The notes: generated by a model not told the origin, from the sequence alone. DNA of 64,000 bases from an uncultured bacterium (GCA_964654765.1 CAZZKY010000146.1:14694-78693); one strand, 5' to 3'; counted from the first letter of the stretch, positions 1-9,886 are shown. A program made the numbers and translations.

Positions 1-752
1 TGATAGAGGCGAACGAAGAACAGTTTGAAGATGTTATTGGGCCTCGAACAAAATTGGTTGCGGTAGAATGGATTGACTATTTTTCTGGGAGAAAATTTGA
101 TCTTGAGAAACTTTGTAAGTTGAAAAAAAAATTCAATTTTTTTATTCTTGTTGACGCGATCCAAGGGTTGGGGGCTGTTCCCCTCTACCCATATGAGTTT
201 TCAGTAGATTTTTTGGTTGCAGGTGCATCAAAGTGGCTATTAGGGCCTCAGGGAGTCGGAATTTTTTATATCAATCAGGATACCTTTGATAAACTTTCTA
301 AGGGATTTGTCGGATGGCTTTCTTGTCCATGGAGTGGGTTTTCAGATTTTTCTCACTTACCTGAGCCTTATAATGATGCGAGAATTTTTGAAACGGGTAC
401 CAAGAACTATTGGGGGCTTTCCTTTTTAAGTGGAAACTTAGAAATGATATTAGAGATTGGTGTGGAAAGGATTTTTCAACGTTTGAAGGGATTTCTGGAT
501 ATTTTATTTGAGGAGTTGACCTTTGCAGAAATTTTAACTCCAGTTGATCAGGCAAAGCGAGGAGGTATATTTACCTTCAGATTACCAAATGTACCTTCAT
601 CGGAACTCCATCTCGCCCTTACAAGAGAGGACATTAAAACCTCTTTGCGCAATGGGTTTATAAGGGTTTCTCCTCACTTTTATAATACCGAAGAGGAAGT
701 CAGTATCCTTGTGAATTTTTTAAAAAGGGTGAGAGAAAATGGAAAGGGTTAG
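1..752 (+). CDS. Class V (fold type I) PLP-dependent aminotransferase, C-terminal portion; 5' end lies outside the window
   Basis: The ORF runs from the window edge. The C-terminal sequence ('FLVAGASKWLLGPQGVGIFYINQD...IRVSPHFYNTEEEV') matches the class V aminotransferase/cysteine-desulfurase-like fold, and the PLP lysine is in 'ASKW'. It overlaps the next gene by 14 nt. Confidence 0.55.
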   Translation, partial: IEANEEQFEDVIGPRTKLVAVEWIDYFSGRKFDLEKLCKLKKKFNFFILVDAIQGLGAVPLYPYEFSVDFLVAGASKWLLGPQGVGIFYINQDTFDKLSKGFVGWLSCPWSGFSDFSHLPEPYNDARIFETGTKNYWGLSFLSGNLEMILEIGVERIFQRLKGFLDILFEELTFAEILTPVDQAKRGGIFTFRLPNVPSSELHLALTREDIKTSLRNGFIRVSPHFYNTEEEVSILVNFLKRVRENGKG

Positions 753-1914
753 CTTTTATAAAGCTGATATAACAGAACTTGAGAAAAATTTGGTAGAAAA
801 TGTGCTTGAGTCAAAAATTTTGACAGCGGGGCCTTTCATATGGAGGTTTCAGGAAGAGGTGCGTAGATATTTAAATGCTCGTTATTTTCTTGCAACATCC
901 AGTGGCTTTTCGGCTTTGCATATAGCTATTAGAGTTTTAGGATGGGGAACGGGAGACGAGGTGATACTTTCACCGCTTGTTCATATTGGTGTACCTAATA
1001 CCCTTTATTCTGAAGGCATTGGGATTCAGCCCGTGGATATTGAAAAGGACCGACTCACACTTGACCCTGAAAAAGTTAGAGAATTTATTGTAAAAAATTA
1101 TGAGTCAAAGAATGGGAAGTTAAAAAATAAGTTAACGGGCAAAGTTTTAAGGGGTATTGTCCTGTATCACCTTTATGGCATTCCATGCAATCTTAAGGAA
1201 TTTTTAAAGCTTAAGGAAGAGTTTGGATTGGAACTCCTTGAAGTTTGCTGGGAAAGTTTTGGCAGTTCTTATAAGTTTTCAGATGGGGGTGTGTTTACCG
1301 GTCTTGTTGGCGATGCAGGTGTTTTTAGCTTTGCCAGATACGGCGCAATAAATGTAGGAGAGGGTGGTGGTGTTGTTTTTAAAAATGAAAGCCAATACGA
1401 AATGGGCGAGAGTCTTCGCTACTACGGCGTACCTACCGAATATGTTGAATATCAAGCAATTATTAGTGGATATAATTACAATCTCGATGAGGTCTCCAGT
1501 GCCATTGGACTTGGCCAGATGATGAGGATTTCTGAAATTTTAAATAAGAGAAGGAGGATTTACGAGTTTTACAGGAGGGAACTCAGCAGAGTGGAGGGGA
1601 TAAAAATTATTGAGGCGCCGATTGATTCAGAGGTTTCGTGGTACAGTGTTGTGGTTATTCTGCCTGAGAATGTAGATAGGGATGGGATGATTAAGCTTTT
1701 AATGGAGGCGGGCATACCTACCAAAGTGTTTTATCCGTTATTTACCGACCTTATGCTTTACTGTGAAAGCTGTAAAGTTGCACGCCCATCTGAATTGGAT
1801 ACCGCAACGAGTGTTGTTAAACGTTTATTATCCTTGCCTTTTTACGGAGATCTCACGGAGAGTGAAGTTTCTTATGTGGTGGACTCTTTGCGGGAGGCTT
1901 TAATTGCAAGATGA
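739..1914 (+). CDS. DegT/DnrJ/EryC1/StrS family PLP-dependent sugar aminotransferase/dehydratase
   Basis: 391 aa, with the characteristic N-terminal 'ILTAGPFIWRFQEEV...' and central 'ILSPLVHIGVPNT' regions of the DegT family. It sits in a nucleotide-sugar gene neighbourhood and overlaps the downstream mntP by 4 nt. Confidence 0.8.
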   Translation: MERVSFYKADITELEKNLVENVLESKILTAGPFIWRFQEEVRRYLNARYFLATSSGFSALHIAIRVLGWGTGDEVILSPLVHIGVPNTLYSEGIGIQPVDIEKDRLTLDPEKVREFIVKNYESKNGKLKNKLTGKVLRGIVLYHLYGIPCNLKEFLKLKEEFGLELLEVCWESFGSSYKFSDGGVFTGLVGDAGVFSFARYGAINVGEGGGVVFKNESQYEMGESLRYYGVPTEYVEYQAIISGYNYNLDEVSSAIGLGQMMRISEILNKRRRIYEFYRRELSRVEGIKIIEAPIDSEVSWYSVVVILPENVDRDGMIKLLMEAGIPTKVFYPLFTDLMLYCESCKVARPSELDTATSVVKRLLSLPFYGDLTESEVSYVVDSLREALIAR

Positions 1915-2480
1915 AAGACATCCTATACTTTTTGCTACTTATTCTTTCTATTAATCTCGATTGTTTTGCTTCATCGGTAACGGAAGGTTTCCTTATAAAA
2001 TCGAGAAGTTGTAAAAAATTTTTCCAAATTGGCATAGCTTTCGGGCTTGTTCAGGCTCTATTTTTTCTTCTTGGATTTTTGGGTGGAAAACTTTCAGCCA
2101 GTTGGATTGCTTCCTTTGACCACTGGGTTGCTTTTTTTATCCTGCTTGCAATAGGTGTTCATATGATAATTGAAGAATTTCGGCGAGAGAAGGAAAAAGA
2201 GGGGTTTTCCGGTGACCTTAGGACTTTAATTGGGGTAGCAATGGCTGTAAGCGTAGATGCTCTTGCGATTGGACTTGTAACTTCCATTCTGCTTGAAACT
2301 CTTGCCGTTTTTGTTATACTGGTATTTATCCTAACCTTTATCATAAGCTTTACAGGTGTTGCCCTTGGAGCAAGATTTTCAAAGCTCGCAAGTAAAATAA
2401 AGTATTCTCAGGCAATAGGAGGGATTATTTTAATTTTTATCGGCTTAAAAATTCTTCTTGAACACCTTGGTCTCTTTTAA
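1911..2480 (+). CDS. mntP: Manganese efflux pump MntP (DUF204 tandem-repeat membrane protein)
   Basis: 189 aa. 'SINLDCFASSV' and 'DHWVAFFILLAIGVHMIIEEFRREKEKEG' align with E. coli MntP ('SMDAFAASI', '[23 protein letters not shown]'). The protein is hydrophobic with two repeat halves. Confidence 0.8.
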   Translation: MKDILYFLLLILSINLDCFASSVTEGFLIKSRSCKKFFQIGIAFGLVQALFFLLGFLGGKLSASWIASFDHWVAFFILLAIGVHMIIEEFRREKEKEGFSGDLRTLIGVAMAVSVDALAIGLVTSILLETLAVFVILVFILTFIISFTGVALGARFSKLASKIKYSQAIGGIILIFIGLKILLEHLGLF

Positions 2481-2481
2481 T

Positions 2482-3684
2482 CTACATTCTATCGTCAAGA
2501 AATTTTCCGGTGTCAATGTGATCGAATTCAGGAAGGTTTTCTTGAAAAAGGTTTTTAATATCCTCTCTTGTCCAATTTTTAGCCTCTAACAACTTTTTTA
2601 GCCCCTCAATTATTCGAGACGATTTAGTACACGCTTGTTTATCCTCAGGTAGTACGACTATAAGATTTTCAAACCTTTTACTGTCAATCTTTTCAATATC
2701 CGAATAAAGCTCTTCAATTTCTTTCTCTCCTGTTGTATCTGGAGGTGATAGGTATACAGGCCACATGTTCAGTTTTACTAATTCACCAAATCTGGATTTT
2801 GCTTCCTTTTCGTCTTCTGTAAAAAATGGTTCAAATCCGTAGAAGTTTAGGAGATTTTTGGCAATATCGACGAGGGTTACAGGTTTAAGCTTTTCCAGTT
2901 TCATGGTGAAAATTTCGCCAGAGTCTGCGAAAAGCGCTGTGAAAATGCACAGGAAAGCAGATTCTTCAAGGGTAATAAAATATCTCTTTATTTTACGAGG
3001 AACAGAAATGGGCTGTTTTTTCTCCATTCTTCTTAGAAAACTCCACAATAGACTCCCCTCTGAGAAGGCAACGTTCACGAAACGGGCGGAGGAGACGTGG
3101 AGAACATCCTTCTTTGAAATTAGTAAGAGTTCCATTACCCTTTTTGATGCTCCCATAAGACTAACGGGATTTACCGCTTTATCGGTTGAAACGGAAAAAA
3201 ATCGCTTAATCCCTTTCTGAAGCATGAGTTCACTCAAAGACTCCACGTTAAGGATATTAACCCGCATCATTCTCATAAGCGTATAGGGATCCTTTTCGCT
3301 TCTTACATGTTTTAATGCTGAAAGATTTAAAACAAAATCATATCTTGGTCCACTCATAAAGAAGTGGTAGAACTCGGTAGTGCCTACGTCAAGAACGTAG
3401 GTTTTGATCTCACCTTGAAAGGAAATTTTTGAACTCCTTATTTCTCTTATAAGCTCAGTCAAGTTGTTTTCATTGATGTCAACCACGTGCACCCTCATAG
3501 GTTGCAGCTTAATTAATTCTTTCACAACGCTCCTGCCAATACTCCCTCCTCCGCCAATAATGAGAAAAGAAGCTTTTTCTACTTCTTTTGAAATCAAATT
3601 TTTGTATGCAGTTTGCTCTTCTTCAAATAAAAGATTTTCCCTCTCAATGATTCTCAAAGTATCAAAGTCATGAAACATTTCCAA
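2482..3684 (-). CDS. CapD-like NDP-sugar epimerase/dehydratase (polysaccharide biosynthesis)
   Basis: 400 aa with a Rossmann motif 'FLIIGGGGSIGRSVVKEL' and an SDR-extended fold. It is adjacent to rfbD and rfbC. Confidence 0.6.
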   Translation of the reverse strand: MEMFHDFDTLRIIERENLLFEEEQTAYKNLISKEVEKASFLIIGGGGSIGRSVVKELIKLQPMRVHVVDINENNLTELIREIRSSKISFQGEIKTYVLDVGTTEFYHFFMSGPRYDFVLNLSALKHVRSEKDPYTLMRMMRVNILNVESLSELMLQKGIKRFFSVSTDKAVNPVSLMGASKRVMELLLISKKDVLHVSSARFVNVAFSEGSLLWSFLRRMEKKQPISVPRKIKRYFITLEESAFLCIFTALFADSGEIFTMKLEKLKPVTLVDIAKNLLNFYGFEPFFTEDEKEAKSRFGELVKLNMWPVYLSPPDTTGEKEIEELYSDIEKIDSKRFENLIVVLPEDKQACTKSSRIIEGLKKLLEAKNWTREDIKNLFQENLPEFDHIDTGKFLDDRM

Positions 3685-4528
3685 CTTCGCGAAGCTTTTT
3701 TATAAATCTTTTAACTGCGTCTCTCCAGTCAGGCATAATGAAACCGGTTTCCTCAGTAAACTTTGAAGCATCAAGAGCTGTAAAAAGTGGTCTTTTTGCA
3801 AGGGAAGGGAAATCTTCAGTCTTTGCAGGTAGTAGTTCACCTTCCCATCCCCAGTTTTTGAGAATCTCTTCTGCCCATTCGTACCTTGAGCAATAGCCAC
3901 TATTGGCTACATGGTATAATCCGAATTTACCTTTCAGAATTAGTTCTATAATGCCTTTTGCGGAGTCAATGGTGTAGGTAGGAGAATTGATTTGATCAGT
4001 TGCCACCCTTAGGACTTTACTTTGTGACGCCAGTTCAATTAATTTAAGCGGAAAGTTGGTCTTGCCAAATCCGAAAACCCAACTAACCCTTATAAGAAAG
4101 TACCTTTTTGCAATCTCTCGAACAAAGATTTCGCCTTGCAGTTTGCTTTTTCCATAGGTATTTATTGGGTTTGGCAGATCTATTGTAGTATAAGGGGCTC
4201 CTTTCTTGCCATCAAAAACGTAGTCTGTACTGAAATGAACCAGTATTGAAGAGTATTTGTTAGCAAGTTCTGCAAGGTTTTTGACAGCGAAAGCATTTAC
4301 TTGAAAGGCTATTTCAGGTTCTTCTTCAGCCTTATCCACTTTGTTGTAAGCGGTGGCATTGATAATTATATCGGGTTTAATTTCCCTTATGGCTTCTTCA
4401 ACTTTAGGATAGTCAGTGATGTCAACCTCTTCATGAGAGAATCCAACAACTTCAAAGTTCCTTTCCATTAGTTTTTTTATAAGTTCCTTTCCCAGTTGCC
4501 CCTTTGAGCCAAAGACAAGGATTTTCAT
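3668..4528 (-). CDS. rfbD: dTDP-4-dehydrorhamnose reductase
   Basis: 286 aa, N-terminus 'MKILVFGSKGQLGKEL', RmlD-type SDR. It overlaps the neighbouring genes in an operon-like arrangement. Confidence 0.85.
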   Translation of the reverse strand: MKILVFGSKGQLGKELIKKLMERNFEVVGFSHEEVDITDYPKVEEAIREIKPDIIINATAYNKVDKAEEEPEIAFQVNAFAVKNLAELANKYSSILVHFSTDYVFDGKKGAPYTTIDLPNPINTYGKSKLQGEIFVREIAKRYFLIRVSWVFGFGKTNFPLKLIELASQSKVLRVATDQINSPTYTIDSAKGIIELILKGKFGLYHVANSGYCSRYEWAEEILKNWGWEGELLPAKTEDFPSLAKRPLFTALDASKFTEETGFIMPDWRDAVKRFIKKLREVGNVS

Positions 4529-5088
4529 TTTTCGTAATAATAAAAGTCTATATCTGCATTTGCAAGTGTTGGAAGTTTGCTGTCTTTTTCTGACAGAATT
4601 GGGTCTTTAATAGGCCAGTCTATACCTATTTCGGGATCATTCCAAATTATACCCCTTTCGCACTCTCTGTCGTAAAAAGCGGAGGTCTTATATAATACTG
4701 TTGCAGTTTCGCTGAGAACACAAAATCCGTGAGCGAAACCTTCCGGTATGAAAAGCTGTAATCTATTTTTACTTGATAAAATGAGTCCTACCCACCTACC
4801 AAAGGTTGGTGACCCCTTTCTAATGTCCACCGCCACATCAAAGATTTCTCCGTGGACCACCTGAACGAGTTTTGCTTGAGCGGATGGCCTTTTTTGAAAA
4901 TGAAGCCCCCGTAGGACTCCTTTTTTAGAAAAGGAGAGGTTATCTTGTACGAAATGTACACCGAGGTTGTCGTAATATATGTTTTCTTTGAAGATTTCCA
5001 TAAAGAACCCACGGTGGTCTTCGAAAGCTTTTGGTTCAATAAGAACCAATCCAGGCAATTCCAAATTATAGAACTTAAAGTTATCCAT
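4525..5088 (-). CDS. rfbC: dTDP-4-dehydrorhamnose 3,5-epimerase
   Basis: 187 aa, with the cupin-fold motifs 'GLHFQKRPSAQAKLVQVVHGEIFDVAVDIRKGSPTFGRW' typical of RmlC. Confidence 0.9.
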   Translation of the reverse strand: MDNFKFYNLELPGLVLIEPKAFEDHRGFFMEIFKENIYYDNLGVHFVQDNLSFSKKGVLRGLHFQKRPSAQAKLVQVVHGEIFDVAVDIRKGSPTFGRWVGLILSSKNRLQLFIPEGFAHGFCVLSETATVLYKTSAFYDRECERGIIWNDPEIGIDWPIKDPILSEKDSKLPTLANADIDFYYYEK

Positions 5089-5123
5089 GTCCTAAATTAT
5101 AGACCATTTTCTTCGTTATTTAT

Positions 5124-5897
5124 TTAGCTGTTAAGCAAAAGACTTTTTCTTATTTCGAAGAGCAGTTTAAGGGTTGTAATCAGGTCATAAAGGTTATGTC
5201 TCGATATGATTTTGAGATATTTTTCATCTCTCCTATCCTTATAAAGTTTTATTATGAAAGGCAGAAGGCTTGATGGAACATCGAATTCTCTGGAAATTTT
5301 GATAAGGTTATTTTCGAGAACTGAAAGCCTTCTTGAGGCATAGGTATCTTTCCATATATGCCTTGCTAATTGAAGGATGTCAAGGTGAAATTTGGGTTCA
5401 ATGTATTTAAGGTCATGAAGCTCACAACGTCTTTTTACGAAGGGAAGATCAAAAGTAGTTCCGTTAAAGGTTAGAATTTTGTATTTTTTGAAATGGTCTA
5501 CAACCCATTTAAGGAGCATTTTTTCTTTTTTAAGGGTCCTTGCGATAAATTGAACAGCGATTGCCTTTTCCGTCTCGGGAATAAGAAATCCTGCGAGAAA
5601 AATCTGACTATCGGGAGAAAGGCCGCCCGTTTCTATATCAAAGATGGCAAGGTTCTTGTACGATGAATTGTGCAATTCTTCTAACATTTTGAACTTATGT
5701 AAGGCTCTTCCAGGATATTCCAGATCTCGTAAGTCTAAGTCATAATTAACAGAAAAAAGGGGAATATCTACTATGAACTTTATCAAATGAAATCCTTTTC
5801 CCTGCTCCACTTCGGTAACTTCTAAAAATCTCTCACCCTGGATTCTTTCTAAGATTTCTAAGACAAGCGAATCAATTTGACTTTTTGGAATTTTCAT
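5124..5897 (-). CDS. YprB-like RNase H-fold 3'-5' exonuclease (PolB-exonuclease-related)
   Basis: 257 aa. The 'LAIFDIETGGLSPDSQIFLAGF' Exo-I-like motif (DxE) is followed by downstream acidic motifs. The gene overlaps the upstream TPR gene by 26 nt. Confidence 0.55.
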   Translation of the reverse strand: MKIPKSQIDSLVLEILERIQGERFLEVTEVEQGKGFHLIKFIVDIPLFSVNYDLDLRDLEYPGRALHKFKMLEELHNSSYKNLAIFDIETGGLSPDSQIFLAGFLIPETEKAIAVQFIARTLKKEKMLLKWVVDHFKKYKILTFNGTTFDLPFVKRRCELHDLKYIEPKFHLDILQLARHIWKDTYASRRLSVLENNLIKISREFDVPSSLLPFIIKLYKDRRDEKYLKIISRHNLYDLITTLKLLFEIRKSLLLNS

Positions 5898-6711
5898 CAG
5901 GTTTAATTAGTTTTAGGATAGTGTCAGTTTCCCTTTGTGCTTCTTGGTATTTTCCCAGCTTAAAGTAGATATTACTCAATATTGCGTGGTATACTGCATT
6001 TTCGGGCTCTAATTCGATTGCCTTCTTGATTTCTTCCTCAGCATCTTCGTACTTTTCAAGGTCATAATATATTAAACTGAGGTCTGCATGGGCCTTAGAG
6101 AATGTTGGATCTATTTCCGTTGCCTTGTAAAGTTCCTTTAAACACTCTTCAACCTCGCCCTTCTCATAAAGCATCATAGCAAGGTTATCGTAGTATTCGG
6201 CTTCCATAGGGTTTAATTCTATGGCTTTTTTTATCGTTTCTATGGCCAAGTCGATTTGTTCATTTTGGAAGTAACTTAAAGCCAAATTGTTAAGTATAAC
6301 GGAGTCGAAGGGATCAAATTCTAAAGCCTCTTTGTAGAATTCTATCGCTTTTTCGAAATTTTCTTTGTCGTAGTAAAGGTCTCCCAGGTCAGCACTTACG
6401 TTCATTGCCCCTTTAAGGATGTCCTTAACACGAAGCAACTCCTTTTCTGCTTCTTCTAAATTTCCGATCCTGTAAAGGGCAATTCCTCTGTAATAATTGC
6501 AAAAAGGATCTTCCGAGATCCGAATCGCTTGGTCCAAGTATTTGATTGCATTTACATACTCTTCAAGGTCTATGAGTAGAATAGCGAAGTCTCTTAAAAT
6601 CACGGGAGAATGAGGCTCTTCTTCAAGGGCTTTTTGAAAGTAGGTTTTAGCCTCTTCCAGTTTGCCGTGTTGGTGAAGCTCTTTTGCCAGTTCGTAGTTT
6701 ATATTTGCCAT
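5872..6711 (-). CDS. Tetratricopeptide (TPR) repeat protein
   Basis: 279 aa of tandem 34-aa repeats with the W/LG/Y/A/F/A/P pattern ('AIEFYKEALEFDP', 'AIELNPMEAEYYDNLA'). Confidence 0.8.
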   Translation of the reverse strand: MANINYELAKELHQHGKLEEAKTYFQKALEEEPHSPVILRDFAILLIDLEEYVNAIKYLDQAIRISEDPFCNYYRGIALYRIGNLEEAEKELLRVKDILKGAMNVSADLGDLYYDKENFEKAIEFYKEALEFDPFDSVILNNLALSYFQNEQIDLAIETIKKAIELNPMEAEYYDNLAMMLYEKGEVEECLKELYKATEIDPTFSKAHADLSLIYYDLEKYEDAEEEIKKAIELEPENAVYHAILSNIYFKLGKYQEAQRETDTILKLIKPDENSKKSN

Positions 6712-6801
6712 AGCTCAATTGTAGAGTTATGGGCTTGGAAAAACAAAGTTTGAATTTATTTCATTATAGAATTAAAATTAATTCACAACAGGAGGAATGG
6801 G
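6712..6801. promoter_or_regulatory. Divergent promoter region between the TPR operon and ferritin; AT-rich imperfect palindrome as a candidate Fur/PerR-type box upstream of ferritin
   Basis: 'cattatagaattaaaattaattcacaacaggagg' contains the AT-rich dyad-like stretch TTATAGAATTAAAATTAAT immediately before the ferritin RBS (AGGAGG). The call is speculative. Confidence 0.2.
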
Positions 6802-7299
6802 ATGTTAAGCAAAATCATAGAGGATGCACTTAACAAGCAGGTAAACGAAGAACTCTTCTCAGCTTATCTGTACCTTTCCATGGCTATGTATTTTGCTAAT
6901 AAGAATCTGATGGGGTTTTACAACTGGTTATATGTTCAGTTCCATGAGGAATTAGAACATGCGGAAAAGTTCATTCATTATATAATTGAGAGAGGCGGAC
7001 GGGTAAAGTTATCTCAAATAAAAGAACCTCAAATTGAATGGAAAGACCCGTTAGATGCTTTTAAGGCAGTTTTGGAACATGAAAGATACATTACCAGCAG
7101 AATTAATGAATTGGTAGACCTGGCAGAAAAAGAAAAGGATAGGGCAACCTTTTCAATGTTGCAATGGTTTGTAAATGAGCAGGTAGAAGAGGAGGCCAAC
7201 GCATCAGAAATTCTTGCAAAACTGGAAATGGTTGGTGACAGTAAGCATGGATTACTTATGATTGATCGGGAACTGGCTCAAAGGAAACGCACGGAGTAA
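6802..7299 (+). CDS. ftn: Ferritin (non-heme, ferritin-like diiron protein)
   Basis: 165 aa. 'EELFSAYLYLSMAMYF...FHEELEHAEKFIHYIIERGGRV' carries the ferroxidase-centre E/ExxH ligands. Confidence 0.85.
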   Translation: MLSKIIEDALNKQVNEELFSAYLYLSMAMYFANKNLMGFYNWLYVQFHEELEHAEKFIHYIIERGGRVKLSQIKEPQIEWKDPLDAFKAVLEHERYITSRINELVDLAEKEKDRATFSMLQWFVNEQVEEEANASEILAKLEMVGDSKHGLLMIDRELAQRKRTE

Positions 7300-7346
7300 C
7301 GAGAATCAAAAAGAAAGAGTTAATAACTAATTCTTAGGGGCTTTTT

Positions 7347-8264
7347 GTGTTTTCAGTTAGCGTTCAGATTTTTCTTGTAATTACTGCAGGTTTTATTTTT
7401 CGGCATTTAGGCGTTTTTAAAGAGGGAGACGAAAGAGTATTCAATGCATATGTTTACTATGTAGCGCTTCCTGCTTTCCTTTTTCTGGAATTAAGTTATT
7501 TGCCGTTAACAAATGAAACTTTAAAAGTCATAGCTGTAGTAACACTTCCTATAGTTGCGATTTTAATACTTTATTGGTTTTTTGCTAAATTGTTAAAATT
7601 TGATAGACGATTCTTTGTAACCCTTTCCCTTTCAACGGCTTTTGGAAGTACGGCATTTTTTGGCATTCCCTATGTTACCTTCTCTTATCCTCAGAGGGAA
7701 TCCCTTCAACTTGCCGCTCTCATTGCGTCGGTCTCGGGAATTGTTGGACTTACCACGGTAATAACCCTTCTTGAGCTTTACTCGGCAAAAGGTTTGAAGG
7801 CGAAAGCACTACTTAAGATTATGGTAAATAGGTTCAAAAAGAACCCGCTCATTCTTTCAATAGCCTTTGGTTTTCTATCCAATGTTATGAATTTAAGGGT
7901 CAGCGGGGGAATTTATAAAGGGCTTGATATGATTGGTAAGTCAACAGCCGTTATAGCTATTTTTATGCTCGGCCTCTTTCTTTATGGAAGGGAGTATAAA
8001 AAAATCTGGCAAGGTTTTATTTTTTCATTGCCCAGGGCCTTACTCTTGCCTCTTTTGACCTACGTGTTTGCAAGACTTTTCGGACTTACTTCTACCTCTT
8101 TGGCAATAACAGTTTTGCTTTCGGGAATGCCAGTCGCACTGACGATGATTACTATTACACAGAAATATGAGTTCGAGGTCGATTTGTTTGCTAATTTGAT
8201 CCTCGTAAGCACCCTCTTTTCTTTGGTTTATCTCAATCTGCTCAAGTCTTTTGTAGTTAGATGA
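7347..8264 (+). CDS. AEC (auxin efflux carrier) family membrane transporter
   Basis: 305 aa polytopic membrane protein with two halves typical of malate-permease/AEC family members. Confidence 0.65.
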   Translation: MFSVSVQIFLVITAGFIFRHLGVFKEGDERVFNAYVYYVALPAFLFLELSYLPLTNETLKVIAVVTLPIVAILILYWFFAKLLKFDRRFFVTLSLSTAFGSTAFFGIPYVTFSYPQRESLQLAALIASVSGIVGLTTVITLLELYSAKGLKAKALLKIMVNRFKKNPLILSIAFGFLSNVMNLRVSGGIYKGLDMIGKSTAVIAIFMLGLFLYGREYKKIWQGFIFSLPRALLLPLLTYVFARLFGLTSTSLAITVLLSGMPVALTMITITQKYEFEVDLFANLILVSTLFSLVYLNLLKSFVVR

Positions 8265-8322
8265 AAGGACTTGACTATTCAATCAATCCCTTTTATAATT
8301 CATACTAAACAGATAGGAAATT

Positions 8323-8718
8323 ATGGTCAAGATATCGCAGAAGACAAGATACGCAGTGCGGGCGCTGATAAGGCTGAGTACTTATGGGAATGAGGGTACA
8401 ACTTTAAAACAGATCTCTTTTAAAGAAAATATACCTTTAAAATTCTTAGAGCAAATCTTTTCAGCACTTGTAAAAGCTGGAATTCTGGAATCAAAGAGGG
8501 GCGCTGAAGGTGGATACAGACTCAAGAAGGACCTCTCCGAGATCACTCTTTATGAAGTTATGAAAGCTTTAAGGGAAGATGTTAAGCTGGCAAGGTGTTT
8601 TGACTTTGTAAAAAAGGAATGCCCTCTTGCAGAATATTGCTCTGTAGAGAGCTTTTGGAAAGAACTTCAGAACAAAATTACGAAAATTTTTGAGGAAACT
8701 ACATTGGGGAGAAAGTAA
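8323..8718 (+). CDS. Rrf2 family transcriptional regulator (IscR-like)
   Basis: 131 aa. 'MVKISQKTRYAVRALIRLS' is an Rrf2 wHTH N-terminus, and C-terminal cysteines (CFDFVKKECPLAEYC) form a likely Fe-S ligand set. It lies immediately upstream of nifS/nifU. Confidence 0.85.
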   Translation: MVKISQKTRYAVRALIRLSTYGNEGTTLKQISFKENIPLKFLEQIFSALVKAGILESKRGAEGGYRLKKDLSEITLYEVMKALREDVKLARCFDFVKKECPLAEYCSVESFWKELQNKITKIFEETTLGRK

Positions 8719-8719
8719 A

Positions 8720-9886
8720 ATGAATGTTTATCTTGATAATGCGAGTAGTACCCGGGTGGATGAGAGGGTTGTTGATGCAATAATGAAAACTTTCTATGAA
8801 GATATAGCCCTCCCCACGTCAGAATTTGTTCATACCCCTGGTCAAAGAGTAAAGGAGTTGGTTGAAGAATCAAGGAAGAAGATTGCTGATTTCGTAGGTG
8901 CGGAATCATCTGAGATTGTATTCACTTCTGGTGGTACGGAAGCAAATAATTTAGCCATTAAAGGGATCGCTTTCGCACAGGCAAAGAAGGGAAAACATAT
9001 AGTTACTACCGCTGTAGAAGGAAGGTCTATCCTTGATTCCGTCAGAAAATTGGAGAAGTCTGGATTTAGAGTGGAGATTATTCCCGTAGATAGGCATGGC
9101 TTTATCGATTTAGAGGCACTGGAGAAGGCTGTGTCAAGTGATACGATCCTTGTCTCTGTTCAGATGGTTAACGACGAGGTGGGGACTATTCAGCCTCTTA
9201 GAGAAGTGGTGGAAATTGTAAAGTCAAAGAATCCTGAGGCCATTGTTCACACTGACGCCACCTATGGAATTGGTTGGATTCCTTTTAATGTTAAGGAATT
9301 GGGTGTTGATCTTGCAAGTTTTACTGCCCACAAGATTTATGGACCAAAAGGGGTAGGGGCACTTTACGTGAAAAAGGGTGTTACAGTCGAAAAACAGATA
9401 GATGGTGGTTATGCAGAGTTCAATTTGAGAGGAGGTACGCCAAACATTCACGGAATTGTAGGATTTGCCAAGGCGGTTGAAGTGGTTGACTGGAAGGAGG
9501 TTGAAGAAGTTAGAAAACTAAGAGATTACCTTTATGAACAAGCTATCTTAAGGATTCCTGAGGTCATTCTACTTGGTCCTTCTGATTTTTCCAAGAGACA
9601 TCCTGCTAACTTAAATTTATCCTTTAAGTTTGTAGAAGGGGAGTCTGTAGTCCTGTACTTGGATATGAAGGGGATTGCTGTAATTTCTGGTTCTGCCTGT
9701 TTTTCCAGAGGACTTGAACCTTCCTACGTTATAATGGCCATGGGACATAGCCATGAGACTGCCCATGGCTCAATCAGGTTTTCCTTGAGTAAGTATAATA
9801 CTAAGGAGGAGATGGATTACACGGTCTCAGTTTTGGAGGAAGTGGTTAAAAGTTTAAGGGAAATAAGCCCATTGGGAGGAAATTAA
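8720..9886 (+). CDS. iscS: Cysteine desulfurase (NifS/IscS type, class I)
   Basis: The start is taken at the internal ATG 'MNVYLDNASSTRV', which has a GGGGAGAAAG RBS. It has the PLP-lysine motif 'SFTAHKIYGPKGVGALYV' and the active-site loop 'SGSACFS'. The 5' extension in the ORF track overlaps rrf2 and is rejected. Confidence 0.9.
   Translation: MNVYLDNASSTRVDERVVDAIMKTFYEDIALPTSEFVHTPGQRVKELVEESRKKIADFVGAESSEIVFTSGGTEANNLAIKGIAFAQAKKGKHIVTTAVEGRSILDSVRKLEKSGFRVEIIPVDRHGFIDLEALEKAVSSDTILVSVQMVNDEVGTIQPLREVVEIVKSKNPEAIVHTDATYGIGWIPFNVKELGVDLASFTAHKIYGPKGVGALYVKKGVTVEKQIDGGYAEFNLRGGTPNIHGIVGFAKAVEVVDWKEVEEVRKLRDYLYEQAILRIPEVILLGPSDFSKRHPANLNLSFKFVEGESVVLYLDMKGIAVISGSACFSRGLEPSYVIMAMGHSHETAHGSIRFSLSKYNTKEEMDYTVSVLEEVVKSLREISPLGGN

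Noticed and set aside
2858-3220. 120-aa + strand ORF inside the CapD-like gene, and similar short antisense ORFs throughout (e.g. 46686-47027, 37694-38047, 40487-40951)
   Set aside because: All are embedded antisense in longer ORFs that have clear family signatures. None has an RBS context or a recognisable domain.
8690-8719. 5' extension of the nifS ORF (MRKLHWGESK...) overlapping rrf2
   Set aside because: The internal ATG at 8720 has a good Shine-Dalgarno and yields the canonical NifS N-terminus (MNVYLDNASS). The extension would overlap the rrf2 3' end by 29 nt.
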